Shown: positions 17,793 to 26,478, counted from the stretch's first letter. The stretch is 64,000 bases of DNA from Pseudomonadota bacterium (GCA_026390435.1 JAPLFY010000040.1:40223-104222), one strand, 5' to 3'. Notes: a model not told the origin generated them from the letters alone. Program-made: numbers and translations.

Positions 17793-18654
17793 ATGGGCTA
17801 TTACATTCGTGCGCTCACGGACAAAAAGAAGTTTCCGAAATGGAAAGTGCCGTTCATCTCGTACAAGAAGGCTGACGCTGAGAACCCGGCTGCCCCCAAA
17901 CCCAAGAAGGAATAGGGACGTACCGAGAGATCGCTGGCGTGCTCTTGGCTTTCTGACACGCATGAAGGTAAACGAAGCGCGAGCTCGGGCCAAGCAACTC
18001 AATAGTCTCTAGCTCATCAAGCGCCAAGAAAAGAAGCTTCGACAACTTCGCCTGGAGGAGCGTGAGACCGGCCGCAAGTACCGGGCCTTTCTTCCCGAGG
18101 AGTTCAAAGAGGAATTTGAGCGGCGATTTCTGCGGCGGCGCGACAGCCAGACCGACGCCAAACTTCGGCGTTTCACCCGCGCCCACACGCTTTGGCGGGC
18201 TGTCCAAAAACTGATCATCCATGTGAAGATCGAACCGTCCGAATGGTTTTGCAACCAGTACCAAATTTACGATTATCTCTACGAAAGTAATTTCAGCCTG
18301 TCATACAACAACAAGTTGCTCACCGTCCTCAACCTGTGGGGATTCTTTATCTGCAAGAAGCTGGATCAGCCGTTTCTACCGGTGGCGAAGCCACGCGGCT
18401 ACGAACGTCAACGATTGGTCGACAACTACTACCAAAACCGCGGCGACAAAAAGCAGGGGTCTGGTCCACTGTCACCGGAAGCTCTGATGACCGCGCAAGG
18501 GAAGATGAAGGTGAAGCAATTCAATTGGCTATTTATCTCGGTGTGGCTTGGTCTTCGTCCGCTTGAGATCGACAACTTACAGAGCGGCGACTTTTGGCGG
18601 GTGGAAACACTGCCGATCGGAACGCAAATCCTTTGGGTATTCCAAACCAAGCTG
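17793..18654 (+). pseudogene. tyrosine recombinase (phage-type integrase) pseudogene: frameshifted, nonsense-interrupted and 3'-truncated
   Basis: AGGAGG is followed by an ATG at 17793 that reads MGYYIRALTDKKKFPKWKVPFISYKK... to a TAG at 17913. The reading continues in the +1 frame (WRALGFLTRMKVNEARARAKQLNSL). An in-frame TAG sits at 18010-18012. The frame then runs LIKRQEKK...FISVWLGLRPLEIDNL (Arg box) and ends without the HxxR/Tyr catalytic half. Confidence 0.65.
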
Positions 18655-18858
18655 ATGCGCGGAAGCCAACTCACCTGCCAGGAGGTCCGCACCGTGCTTA
18701 AGGACTTAGGCTACGAACTGGTTCGCCAGCGCGGCAGCCATGAGCAATGGGTCAAAGACGGCAGAACCTTCACTCTGGCCGCTCATGGCAAAGATGCTCC
18801 GCATTATATCTTGGACGCTCTTCGAAAACTGAGCGAGGAACACCATGAAAAAAAGTAA
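18655..18858 (+). CDS. hicA: HicA mRNA-interferase toxin
   Basis: MRGSQLTCQEVRTVLKDLGYELVRQRGSHEQWVKDGRTFTLAAHGKDAPHYILDALRKL fits the HicA pattern (GSH..., about 67 aa). The ORF-track ORF 18223-18858 runs in frame from the integrase remnant into hicA. Confidence 0.8.
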   Translation: MRGSQLTCQEVRTVLKDLGYELVRQRGSHEQWVKDGRTFTLAAHGKDAPHYILDALRKLSEEHHEKK

Positions 18859-19222
18859 AACTAAGATCACCCGACATGCTGTCGAGGTCCTCGAGTATCA
18901 AGTAAATATAGCTTTTGATGTCCGCGACAAAATTCACGTCGCCAGAATACCAGAGCTGGAGAACTGCCATAGCCACGGCACTACGCCGGAAGAGGCTTTG
19001 GCAAACGCCAAAGAGGCTATCGAGTTATGGCTCGAGACCGCCAAAGAGCAGGGCCTCAATATCCCCGAGCCGGTCAGTCGGCGTCAATTTTCGGGAAAAT
19101 TCGTCCTTAGAACATCGCCAAACCTACATGCCACGTTAGCGCAGGAGGCCGCCCATCACGGCAAGAGCCTTAACGAGATGGCTGTCGAGTTGATCCAAAA
19201 GGGGCTCAAGGGAGTCGGGTAG
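18845..19222 (+). CDS. hicB: HicB antitoxin (HicB N-domain plus C-terminal RHH-like DNA-binding tail)
   Basis: It overlaps hicA by 14 nt. IPELENCHSHGTTPEEALANAKEAIELWLE is the HicB fold motif. The C-terminal FVLRTSPNLHATLAQEAAHHGKSLNEMAVELI is RHH-like. Confidence 0.8.
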   Translation: MKKSKTKITRHAVEVLEYQVNIAFDVRDKIHVARIPELENCHSHGTTPEEALANAKEAIELWLETAKEQGLNIPEPVSRRQFSGKFVLRTSPNLHATLAQEAAHHGKSLNEMAVELIQKGLKGVG

Positions 19223-19365
19223 CGCGTTTTGCTGACGCTTCGTCCTGACGATCATTCGATTACGAGGAAGATAACTTCGAGAGTCGAAGCGACGGCCACA
19301 AGGTGGCTCTTCGCTTGAATATAAATGACTTCGAGAGCAAAGATTTCGGCCGCGAGGGGTGATAG

Positions 19366-19944
19366 GTGTCTAAGATTGACAATCTGTGGCAAAAGTTTAA
19401 GGGCAACGGGAAAGTCTATAATTACACACAGAAGTGGATCTGGGTTGTTGAGACGACGACGAATCATCCAAAGGGTCCGGCGATTGCTCATAAATTGGCA
19501 CCGCGAACCAAGGCGCCAATAAAATTTGATATCGATGGTTTCAAAAGAGTCGATGGCAAGGCCATCGAGGGCCACTCCACTTGGTGGAAAATATGGGGAC
19601 ATTGCACTGCAGATCTGTATGACCATGGAAACGGCGTTCGCGTCGATGTTGTCGTAAAGTTCAAGGTTTCAGAAAATAAGTTTGGATCTGTCGTGTATGA
19701 CGATGCAACAGATTGGGGTGATCCAATCCGTCATATTACAAGAGTAGAAAAGGGAAGGAACGGCAGGATAGCCCGATTTTTTGTCGATGACTATGGTTGG
19801 ATTTCTAGAAAATGCGCCATAGAATTGGTTGCCAAGGCCAAGATCGACAACGCTGTTCTGGTGCAACCAAAGAACGGGGAACCTTATCTCCGTGCCTTGC
19901 CCGACCCTGAGACGGGGAACAACTTTCTCTCGATGGTGACTTAG
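19366..19944 (+). CDS. two-domain protein: unknown N-terminal domain plus a C-terminal DUF3892-like domain
   Basis: The C-terminus IRHITRVEKGRNGRIARFFVDDYGWISRKCAIELVAKAKIDNAVLVQPKNGEPYLRALPDPETGNNFLS matches, from memory, the DUF3892 pattern (I..I...W.s...AI..i..g...V......YLrT..D....NNLL.LP). The start is GTG, with GAGGGG upstream. Confidence 0.55.
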   Translation: MSKIDNLWQKFKGNGKVYNYTQKWIWVVETTTNHPKGPAIAHKLAPRTKAPIKFDIDGFKRVDGKAIEGHSTWWKIWGHCTADLYDHGNGVRVDVVVKFKVSENKFGSVVYDDATDWGDPIRHITRVEKGRNGRIARFFVDDYGWISRKCAIELVAKAKIDNAVLVQPKNGEPYLRALPDPETGNNFLSMVT

Positions 19945-19945
19945 C

Positions 19946-20311
19946 ATGAGGTATTTATTTCGCGCATTGCTCCTGTCTTCATGCGTCGGGATAGGGATTT
20001 GCGGCTACAATGCCTTGCGATTCCGCTATGGAGTCAGTGATTCTGTTGCGCGCACGCTGCTGGCGATTCTTGAAGATACGAGATGGGCCTCTGATTTTTC
20101 AGAGGAAAAATTTTCTGACGTAGTTGTGGGTATGACCAAGAATCAAGTTAGCATGCTACTGGGGAAGCCGTTGCGAGAGACTTGCACGGCCGGCTGCGAG
20201 TGGGTTTACACTTGGCAAGCCGATCCAACGGCGAGCTTTGATTGGCGATCTATTCATTTTGATGACTTGGGTCGTGTCGATTTGAAGCGGCGAGAATTTT
20301 TTATTGATTAG
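19946..20311 (+). CDS. BamE/SmpA_OmlA-like small lipoprotein
   Basis: The start lies 1 nt after the upstream stop. It has the signal/lipobox ALLLSSC and the motif GMTKNQVSMLLGKP...W.Y typical of SmpA/OmlA (BamE-like) domains. Confidence 0.55.
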   Translation: MRYLFRALLLSSCVGIGICGYNALRFRYGVSDSVARTLLAILEDTRWASDFSEEKFSDVVVGMTKNQVSMLLGKPLRETCTAGCEWVYTWQADPTASFDWRSIHFDDLGRVDLKRREFFID

Positions 20312-20370
20312 AACGCGCCTACGCAGCTTTTCTCGGAAAGGTTCCTGCATGTGTTGCGGAACACTCGGGC

Positions 20371-20423
20371 TGCGAGAACATGCGAGAACGTTGTTTTTTG
20401 GTGCGAGAACGAGGGGCGAGAAC
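20371..20423 (+). repeat. four direct copies of (T/G)GCGAGAAC
   Basis: TGCGAGAAC occurs at 20371, 20381 and 20402, and GGCGAGAAC at 20415. All are non-coding and lie just inside the right island end. Confidence 0.6.
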
Positions 20424-20490
20424 AACGAGATGGCGCCATATTTCTAAATCTATTCAGATGGATAGGTCAACTTGCCCAGGCGAGACACTC

Positions 20491-20520
20491 GGTTCGCAAA
20501 ATACCGACTTCTCTCCGCCA
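20491..20520 (+). repeat. candidate attR: degenerate copy of the tRNA-Ser 3' end
   Basis: GGTTCGcAAaaTaCCgACtTCTCTCCGCCA aligns with tRNA positions GGTTCGAATCCCACTCTCTCCGCCA. The last 11 nt are identical. Confidence 0.65.
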
Positions 20521-20619
20521 TCCATATTTCGGCCCGATATCCTTCGGATATCTCCTGGGCCAGATCAAGAGCCTCAACAAATTCATCGAATATCTATGTC
20601 TGCAGGCAACCTTGGGAAG

Positions 20620-22812
20620 CTACTGCTGGCATGTGTAAATTTCGTCTCCCAGCGCTTTCGGACCGAGGTTGGTAATCGGCACATAAACGAGCACCCGATT
20701 GGCTCCAATCTGCCGGCCAGAAAACTCCAGCAAACCTGAGCCATCGGATTTGGGATGAGCAATCTCCGAAGGACTTTCCAAATTAACGAAGTCGACTTTG
20801 CGATTGTCTGCTAACAGGTCGGGAATCTGAATCGGACTGCCTGAAGTATTAACCAACACTAAAGCCTCAGCACTTGGATTTGCCGGATCAACGCGCGAAA
20901 ACGCCATCAAACCTGCTTGCTCCGTCGTCGACCACCTCCAGGAGATGCCGCCGCGGCGCAGCGCGGAACATGACTTCCTCGCCTTTAGAAAACGCCTGGC
21001 AGTCACATAGACGTCATGATCGCGCGCCAAATACGGGTCACTTTGCCAGTCCGACGGGGCTGCAGGCGCCAACGGCCCAATGTGGGCCAGCTGATTAATC
21101 TCTGAAATCGCACTACCCAGTCGGAACATGCCGCCGACAAACATATCCTGCCGGTAGTGAGCATCTGAGTTGGTACCAGGTGCTTGGCTACAAAATTGAT
21201 TCATCGCAGCTTGATCGATCGAGGAGTCGATGCTCCCGCCTACACACTGCCCATTGAATGCTTGCTCCAGACCGTAATAAATCACGGGTATTCCTGGCGC
21301 CACCGCGAGGTAAGATAAGCCCAATCTAGCCTTATCTTGCTGCTGCTCAGTAAGGCGTGCCCAGTCATGAATTTCGAGCACGGTCAAATTTAGTCGCGGA
21401 TCACCCTGGGCTACCAGATCCCGGTAGTAGGTGTCGGTAAGGAAGTAGTTCTCCAAGATACGACTAGATCTAACATTGGTCAGAACATCCCGCGAAATCC
21501 CTGAGTGCGCAAAATCAAATACACCGGACACACCGGGATAGGGTGAGTCAGGATTACTTTGTGCCGTTTCTAAAATGGATTTTCCGAGACGGCCGCTATT
21601 CTGGACTAAGTTTCTCCACGTAGCCGTATTTTGCGCCGAGTTCATCCGCCCTAAATGCTGAGAAATAGATAAAGAATCACCGGCAATTTCCGCTACGACA
21701 TAAAAGTGATTTTTTCCCAATTTGCGCGCGTAGTCTCTAATCTCCGTCGAAAAGTAAGCAGTAAAATCGCTGGTCGTGTGTTTCACCGCATCGAGTCTGA
21801 ATCCATCGACATCCGCAAATGCAATCCAGTACTCCATAATGTTGGTAAAGATTCGTTGGAAATCCGTATTGCGAGTGTCGTAGTCGAGCATCTCAGACGT
21901 AAAGTCACCGAAGACTGTCGTTGCCGCTGCTCCGGCCATTTCTGCATGCGAATTTTCTCCGCAGCGATTGAAGAAGTACTTAAGCTTTAACGGGGGGAAA
22001 AATGACTCTGAGAATGCAAGGTCGACCTGATTTGGCGAAAACGTGGGGGAACCGGATGCATCCGCTCGCGCTAGATCATCGGCACAAGCCGTGTGTTCTG
22101 CGGGCGTATGTTTCCGAACGTACTTTGTAGCGGGATCACACAGGTGATTGACAACGACATCAAGTATGACACGAATTCCCTTGGCGTGAGCCTGACGCAC
22201 TAGTTCCGCTAGATCCTCAGCACTGCCGAAGTTAGGGTCGATTTTAGTTAAATCGGAAACGCAATAGCCGTGATAACTGCCATTGGAATTCTCAAAAATC
22301 GGCGTGACCCAGATTGCTGAAATCCCAAGATCGGCCAGATAATCGAGACGCTTGGTGATTCCCTTTAAGTCGCCACCATGATGATAGGCTTCGATGCCGC
22401 GATTACGACTCAAGCCTTGGTTACGCTGCGCCTCTGAAATTAGACTAAAATTATTACTGCTATCCCCGTCATTAAACCTATCGATCATGATCTCGTAGAT
22501 CGTCTCATCACCCCAAAAATTTGGTGATGGATATCTTGGCTGTCCGTTCTGAGTGAAGGCCAATTCAGCCTCGTGATTTCTTGCCGTCGACCAAGACATC
22601 ACGCTATCGACGCCGACTCGGCTAACATCGGGTAGGGCGGCAACTGCAGAGCCAGCACCAGTCACTCGGCTATCGCGATGCCCTAGCAAAGGAACGTTGG
22701 CTCGGCAATCACATAGGACACCGACTACGCTGAACGCACCAATTATGAGGGTCAACTTACGCAAGAATAGGCAGCTGGTCATAGTCATTCCTAGGCCATT
22801 ATTGGACGTCAT
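20620..22812 (-). CDS. secreted GH13-family alpha-amylase-like glycoside hydrolase (large form)
   Basis: GH13 conserved regions are present: [22 protein letters not shown] and a later HD-type region. An N-terminal hydrophobic signal is present. The start codon is uncertain. Confidence 0.8.
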   Translation of the reverse strand: MTSNNGLGMTMTSCLFLRKLTLIIGAFSVVGVLCDCRANVPLLGHRDSRVTGAGSAVAALPDVSRVGVDSVMSWSTARNHEAELAFTQNGQPRYPSPNFWGDETIYEIMIDRFNDGDSSNNFSLISEAQRNQGLSRNRGIEAYHHGGDLKGITKRLDYLADLGISAIWVTPIFENSNGSYHGYCVSDLTKIDPNFGSAEDLAELVRQAHAKGIRVILDVVVNHLCDPATKYVRKHTPAEHTACADDLARADASGSPTFSPNQVDLAFSESFFPPLKLKYFFNRCGENSHAEMAGAAATTVFGDFTSEMLDYDTRNTDFQRIFTNIMEYWIAFADVDGFRLDAVKHTTSDFTAYFSTEIRDYARKLGKNHFYVVAEIAGDSLSISQHLGRMNSAQNTATWRNLVQNSGRLGKSILETAQSNPDSPYPGVSGVFDFAHSGISRDVLTNVRSSRILENYFLTDTYYRDLVAQGDPRLNLTVLEIHDWARLTEQQQDKARLGLSYLAVAPGIPVIYYGLEQAFNGQCVGGSIDSSIDQAAMNQFCSQAPGTNSDAHYRQDMFVGGMFRLGSAISEINQLAHIGPLAPAAPSDWQSDPYLARDHDVYVTARRFLKARKSCSALRRGGISWRWSTTEQAGLMAFSRVDPANPSAEALVLVNTSGSPIQIPDLLADNRKVDFVNLESPSEIAHPKSDGSGLLEFSGRQIGANRVLVYVPITNLGPKALGDEIYTCQQ

Positions 22813-22815
22813 CGA

Positions 22816-24177
22816 TCACTTGCAAGATATCAACGAGGATTTCACGAGAAAAGCAGCTGACCTCGGGCCAACGACAAACCCACCACGCAATTGCTGCTGG
22901 CCCGCACCCCATTCGAGGACTGAAATAGCGCCGTTACTAGCCCTGCCGATCTCTACTTTGAGCTTGGTATCCATATCGACATAACACCCCGGATCAAGCC
23001 CAGGCATATAAGCAAGAGGCACATCGACACTGTTGTTCGCAGAATTTAAGATCACCAAACCAGATTTGTTGCGCTCAATAAATAACATCGTCCGCGCATC
23101 GCACTTGGATGGGCAAACCTCATCTGCATTGCGGACATAAACACCAGTACCAGCAAACTTATTATGGAACCTTACGGCGGTTTCGACAAGAGGCTCCCTG
23201 TAATCGTCACGATAAACAAAGCCAGTCCCTACGCCACGCGCCAAGACGAATGCCGAAGCCAAAAGGGAGTCGCGGAGATCGCCGAAGTTATAGAAGTTGG
23301 AGTCCATCGCCGTATCGTGGTTGCGAGCGAACACAACTTTAGACGCGCCCGGGAGCTCGCCTCGGGAGCCGACGGGATACATGAGACTACGAAGATCACC
23401 CCGGGGGGAAAAGGCAGTGATCATGGTGGAAAGCAAATTGAAATCGGTGACAGGCATATAGTCAGAGTAGAGTGCCGCCTCCTCAATAGAATTAGCAATC
23501 ACCTCTCCGTATGAGTACGTGCTTTTCGGCACAGACCCGAGTATGTCCCCAAAATATTCTGGCTCAATATGTTTAGCTGCATCAAAGCGAAAGCCATCGG
23601 CACCGAGGTCAAGAAGTTTAGCTAAGTACTTTTTCTGCTCGTTTCGTACATAAGTCGACCCAGTATCCAAATCGGGTAGCCCCGAATCCCCGGAGCCACT
23701 GCATAGCCAAAAATTTGTGACCTGGTAGCGGTTATTAAAGTCCTTAATGCAGGAGCGGGCCGCTGCAACATGAAAGTCGCACGCAGAGAACTGCGGGAAA
23801 TCGAGGTTTGGGAAGCCAGCCAAACCCGCATTCGCCATGTGATTGAAGACCACATCAACGATCACCTTCAATCCTTTGGCATGGGCTTCCTGGATCAAAT
23901 GAAGCAGGTCCCCCTCGTTTCCCAGAGGACTGTCGATCACTCTTAGGTCCAGTGGCTGATACCTGGCCCACCACTGGTTAAAATTTATACTCTTTTGCGG
24001 TGGGGACACTTGAATGTGGGAGTAGCCAATGGCAGCTAACTCATCCAACTTTGTCTCGATGTCTACGAAGTGTTCGTTGAACGCTTGGTAGATGACGTCT
24101 GCATTGGCAGAAGGCGCAAAAACTAATGATAGACTGCTCAAGAAAAAGCTTAGGTAGACCACACTTATTCGCCGCAT
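22816..24177 (-). CDS. secreted alpha-amylase (GH13)
   Basis: Signal peptide (VYLSFFLSSLSLVFAPSANA) plus GH13 regions I-IV: DVVFNHM, GFRFDAAKHI, YGEV, FARNHD. Confidence 0.85.
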   Translation of the reverse strand: MRRISVVYLSFFLSSLSLVFAPSANADVIYQAFNEHFVDIETKLDELAAIGYSHIQVSPPQKSINFNQWWARYQPLDLRVIDSPLGNEGDLLHLIQEAHAKGLKVIVDVVFNHMANAGLAGFPNLDFPQFSACDFHVAAARSCIKDFNNRYQVTNFWLCSGSGDSGLPDLDTGSTYVRNEQKKYLAKLLDLGADGFRFDAAKHIEPEYFGDILGSVPKSTYSYGEVIANSIEEAALYSDYMPVTDFNLLSTMITAFSPRGDLRSLMYPVGSRGELPGASKVVFARNHDTAMDSNFYNFGDLRDSLLASAFVLARGVGTGFVYRDDYREPLVETAVRFHNKFAGTGVYVRNADEVCPSKCDARTMLFIERNKSGLVILNSANNSVDVPLAYMPGLDPGCYVDMDTKLKVEIGRASNGAISVLEWGAGQQQLRGGFVVGPRSAAFLVKSSLISCK

Positions 24178-24218
24178 GACAGCCCCGAATAAAAGTCAAA
24201 GTTATAAAATTCGAGGCA

Positions 24219-24236
24219 ATTATTATATAATAATTT
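24219..24236. promoter_or_regulatory. perfect 18-bp AT palindrome upstream of the amylase operon
   Basis: AATTATTATATAATAATT is its own reverse complement. It lies 42-59 nt upstream of the amylase start (24177), in a very AT-rich 118-bp spacer. Confidence 0.4.
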
Positions 24237-24295
24237 ATTAAATTTCAATAACTTTTAATAATCAACAAATATCAACCACTTATATTTAATATTAA

Positions 24296-25330
24296 CTAAG
24301 CGGCCTCATCAATCAAGGCCTTAACTCGATGGTAGGTTTTGAGTCCTAGCCCCTCGTTTTCTTTGATGTCATTTACTATCATGCCCCAAAAAGAACCTGG
24401 GTTTTCCAGGCCCGAGGAAACCGCAGTCTTTGCACCGCGGAATTCATTAAGTAAATTTTCAAGATCCAAAGGCGTCATTGCAATCACATGAACCGTCTCT
24501 TGTATCAACACGATTGCCTCTTCAACGCAGTCGCCAGTTGTAACCATCAGGTCGTCTAGATGAGAGAACAAGAGGCTCTCGAATTGCTCAAGCATTTCGA
24601 TTAATTTTTCATGCTCTGAGAGATACTGCTCGTGAACAGTTGCCTTTGACGCTCCCGCTTTTGAAATATGCGCACCATTCGCAAAGTCTATTCCGATTAA
24701 ACTTGATGCTTTAGTATCCTTAAAAAATTGATCAAATAGACGCAGACAGATTTTTTGTTGAACCGCTATCACCGCCAGACTTTGTTGAACTGCAGAATCA
24801 TTTTTCCGTAACACATGATTTAACTTCTCAAGGTCGTCCAGGGACAAACTTGGCCCCAATAGGCCGCCTTGCACGCTCGGATATGCTCTTGCTATCGCTA
24901 CCGCGTAGAAGTTAATAATAGCAATCACGGCCTCGGAAAGATCTCGGTAGTAGGAGTCGGTGGCCACGGCCTGACTTGTGGGTGTGGGATCGTCCGTATA
25001 GTTTTGCCGCAGCAGCACCGATCGCTCGCCCCCCTGACTCAAGCCCTTCAAGGTATCCCATCGACCGTTCACCCGACCCAGCCAGTCATACGAAGGATGG
25101 AGATCCACCATCCTGTGAAGAGTAGCCTTCCATATCACCAACTGATCATCGAGCAACTGCAAACAAGGTCCGGGTGCTCCTGTGTGAGTCGCCTCAGCGA
25201 TAGTTTGAGTTCCTGCATTATCTTGGTGGGATAAATTTTGCTGGCGTGACCGGATTAAACGGGTAACTACCGGCACAATAAAAGTCACGATAATTGCCAA
25301 AGTGAGAGCACTAATAAAGAGGGCATTCAT
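24296..25330 (-). CDS. membrane-anchored hypothetical protein
   Basis: 344-aa ORF with a single N-terminal TM helix (ALFISALTLAIIVTFIVPVV) and no recognised domain. Confidence 0.55.
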   Translation of the reverse strand: MNALFISALTLAIIVTFIVPVVTRLIRSRQQNLSHQDNAGTQTIAEATHTGAPGPCLQLLDDQLVIWKATLHRMVDLHPSYDWLGRVNGRWDTLKGLSQGGERSVLLRQNYTDDPTPTSQAVATDSYYRDLSEAVIAIINFYAVAIARAYPSVQGGLLGPSLSLDDLEKLNHVLRKNDSAVQQSLAVIAVQQKICLRLFDQFFKDTKASSLIGIDFANGAHISKAGASKATVHEQYLSEHEKLIEMLEQFESLLFSHLDDLMVTTGDCVEEAIVLIQETVHVIAMTPLDLENLLNEFRGAKTAVSSGLENPGSFWGMIVNDIKENEGLGLKTYHRVKALIDEAA

Positions 25331-25389
25331 AAAATCCTCCCCACCTAAGTTAAACGATGCGCTTAGAAGTGAGATCGGTTTCTAAAAAA

Positions 25390-25423
25390 AAATCTTTAGA
25401 TATTTAAAAATATCTAAAGATTT
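25390..25423. promoter_or_regulatory. 34-bp palindrome (16-bp perfect arms) upstream of the 24296-25330 gene
   Basis: AAATCTTTAGATATTT-aa-AAATATCTAAAGATTT lies 60-93 nt upstream of the start codon at 25330. Confidence 0.45.
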
Positions 25424-25470
25424 ATCAATAATTACAGTATCTTTTTAGGGTCGTGCATAGCAAACCCCAG

Positions 25471-25511
25471 AAAAAATCCAGGCCGATCGCAGCACTAGCG
25501 CCGCGATCGGC
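25471..25511 (-). terminator. candidate Rho-independent terminator (minus strand)
   Basis: GCCGATCGC/GCGATCGGC forms a 9-bp stem with a 12-nt loop. On the minus strand it is followed by CTGGATTTTTTCT. Confidence 0.4.
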
Positions 25512-25638
25512 TGTAAAGTCTCTTATTCGCCTTGGAAACAGCTGGGGCCGGAAGCAAAAGGAAGGATTTGGCGACAGAAATAGCAACGATACTGAAGAAA
25601 AACACGTAAAGAGGAGTTGTCGGCGAGTACCCCATCAT
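25495..25638 (-). CDS. possible small hydrophobic protein (47 aa; below the ORF-track size cut-off)
   Basis: My own translation is MMGYSPTTPLYVFFFSIVAISVAKSFLLLPAPAVSKANKRLYSRSRR. It has one TM-like helix and a basic tail, with AAGGA 6 nt upstream of the ATG. A terminator-like hairpin spans the stop codon. Confidence 0.25.
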   Translation of the reverse strand: MMGYSPTTPLYVFFFSIVAISVAKSFLLLPAPAVSKANKRLYSRSRR

Positions 25639-25929
25639 GCTGATTCCTTTCATGACACGTCTGCATAGCCCATTGGCAATGCCTTAAGTCTAATATGGGG
25701 TCTCATTTTGATTTGTCAAAATTGAAAATGAAGAAATATGACTTCGCTTTTAGTGAACTTTGCGGCTGCGCGAAATCCTACAGAGCGGTAGATCAACGGG
25801 ACAAATTCGCTGGCACAGATGGTGCAATGAATTTTCTGTGATGTGTGATCGATCTGGTTGTGGCCTTTGGAAGGCACAACTATCACCAGCCACGTCTCCA
25901 AAACGCGTGGCCGTGATCTGGAGCCTGCC

Positions 25930-26448
25930 ATGTTAACACAACAGCAGTTGAGCGAGTTTCTTGCGGTTCTTAATTCTAAAAGAGCAGCTACCGAAGCTAC
26001 TATGAGCCTAGCAAAGCGCCATGCGTTAGCAGATCTGACACAAGAAGCCACCGGAGAGCTAAGTCACGTCAGGCTACATCCGGCAGACTTAGGTGCAGAT
26101 GCAGCAGAACAGGAGACTGAGCTCGTGATCACTGGCCTAGAAGCGGCGACACTCGCACAAGTCGATGAGGCCCTCAAGCGACTCAGAGAGGGCTGCTACG
26201 GTGTATGTGAATGCTGCGGGCAAGATATCGCTATTGAGCGCTTGAAGGCAATTCCCGAGACAGCATATTGCCTGAATTGCGAGATGGACAGGGAGGACGC
26301 GACGGCAAGTAAAAATCCGCAATTTATCGATGGTTATATCGATCATGCAGCCTACATCAGTGGCGAAGATGACACCGCCGAGCGATTCACAAAAGCAGAG
26401 TCACAAGGTCGCAACCTAGAGGAAGCGTCTAATATCCCATCTCCTTAG
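25930..26448 (+). CDS. DksA/TraR-family C4 zinc-finger protein with a C-terminal extension
   Basis: CECCGQDIAIERLKAIPETAYCLNC is the DksA/TraR four-Cys finger, preceded by a coiled-coil-like region with an acidic patch (ADLGADAAEQE). The ATG at 25930 has GGAG upstream. Confidence 0.7.
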   Translation: MLTQQQLSEFLAVLNSKRAATEATMSLAKRHALADLTQEATGELSHVRLHPADLGADAAEQETELVITGLEAATLAQVDEALKRLREGCYGVCECCGQDIAIERLKAIPETAYCLNCEMDREDATASKNPQFIDGYIDHAAYISGEDDTAERFTKAESQGRNLEEASNIPSP

Positions 26449-26478
26449 GCATTTCTTAGCACGAGCACGGGAGATCCC

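Larger units (their letters stand above)
17682..20520 (+). mobile_element. decayed tRNA-Ser-integrated genomic islet (about 2.8 kb) bounded by direct repeats
   Basis: TCTCTCCGCCA at 17682-17692 (the tRNA 3' end) is repeated exactly at 20510-20520, inside a degenerate copy of the tRNA T-arm/acceptor (20491-20520). An integrase pseudogene lies next to the tRNA, and the cargo includes hicAB. Confidence 0.7.

Noticed and set aside
19252-19626. A 124-aa minus-strand ORF overlapping the start of the DUF3892-type gene.
   Set aside because: The plus-strand ORF carries a recognisable C-terminal domain and is translationally coupled to the next gene. The minus-strand product has no features.
20371-20423. 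Possible CRISPR array or minisatellite.
   Set aside because: There are only four 9-nt repeats with irregular spacers of 1-12 nt and no cas genes. It is reported as short direct repeats instead.
20536-20552. The hairpin GATATCC-TTC-GGATATC between attR and the amylase stop, considered as a terminator.
   Set aside because: The stem is short and there is no flanking T-run on either strand, so it is not called.
25453-25668. The 71-aa plus-strand ORF in the ORF track.
   Set aside because: It has a highly basic, low-complexity composition and no RBS. It is antisense to a more plausible small membrane ORF and spans a terminator-like hairpin.
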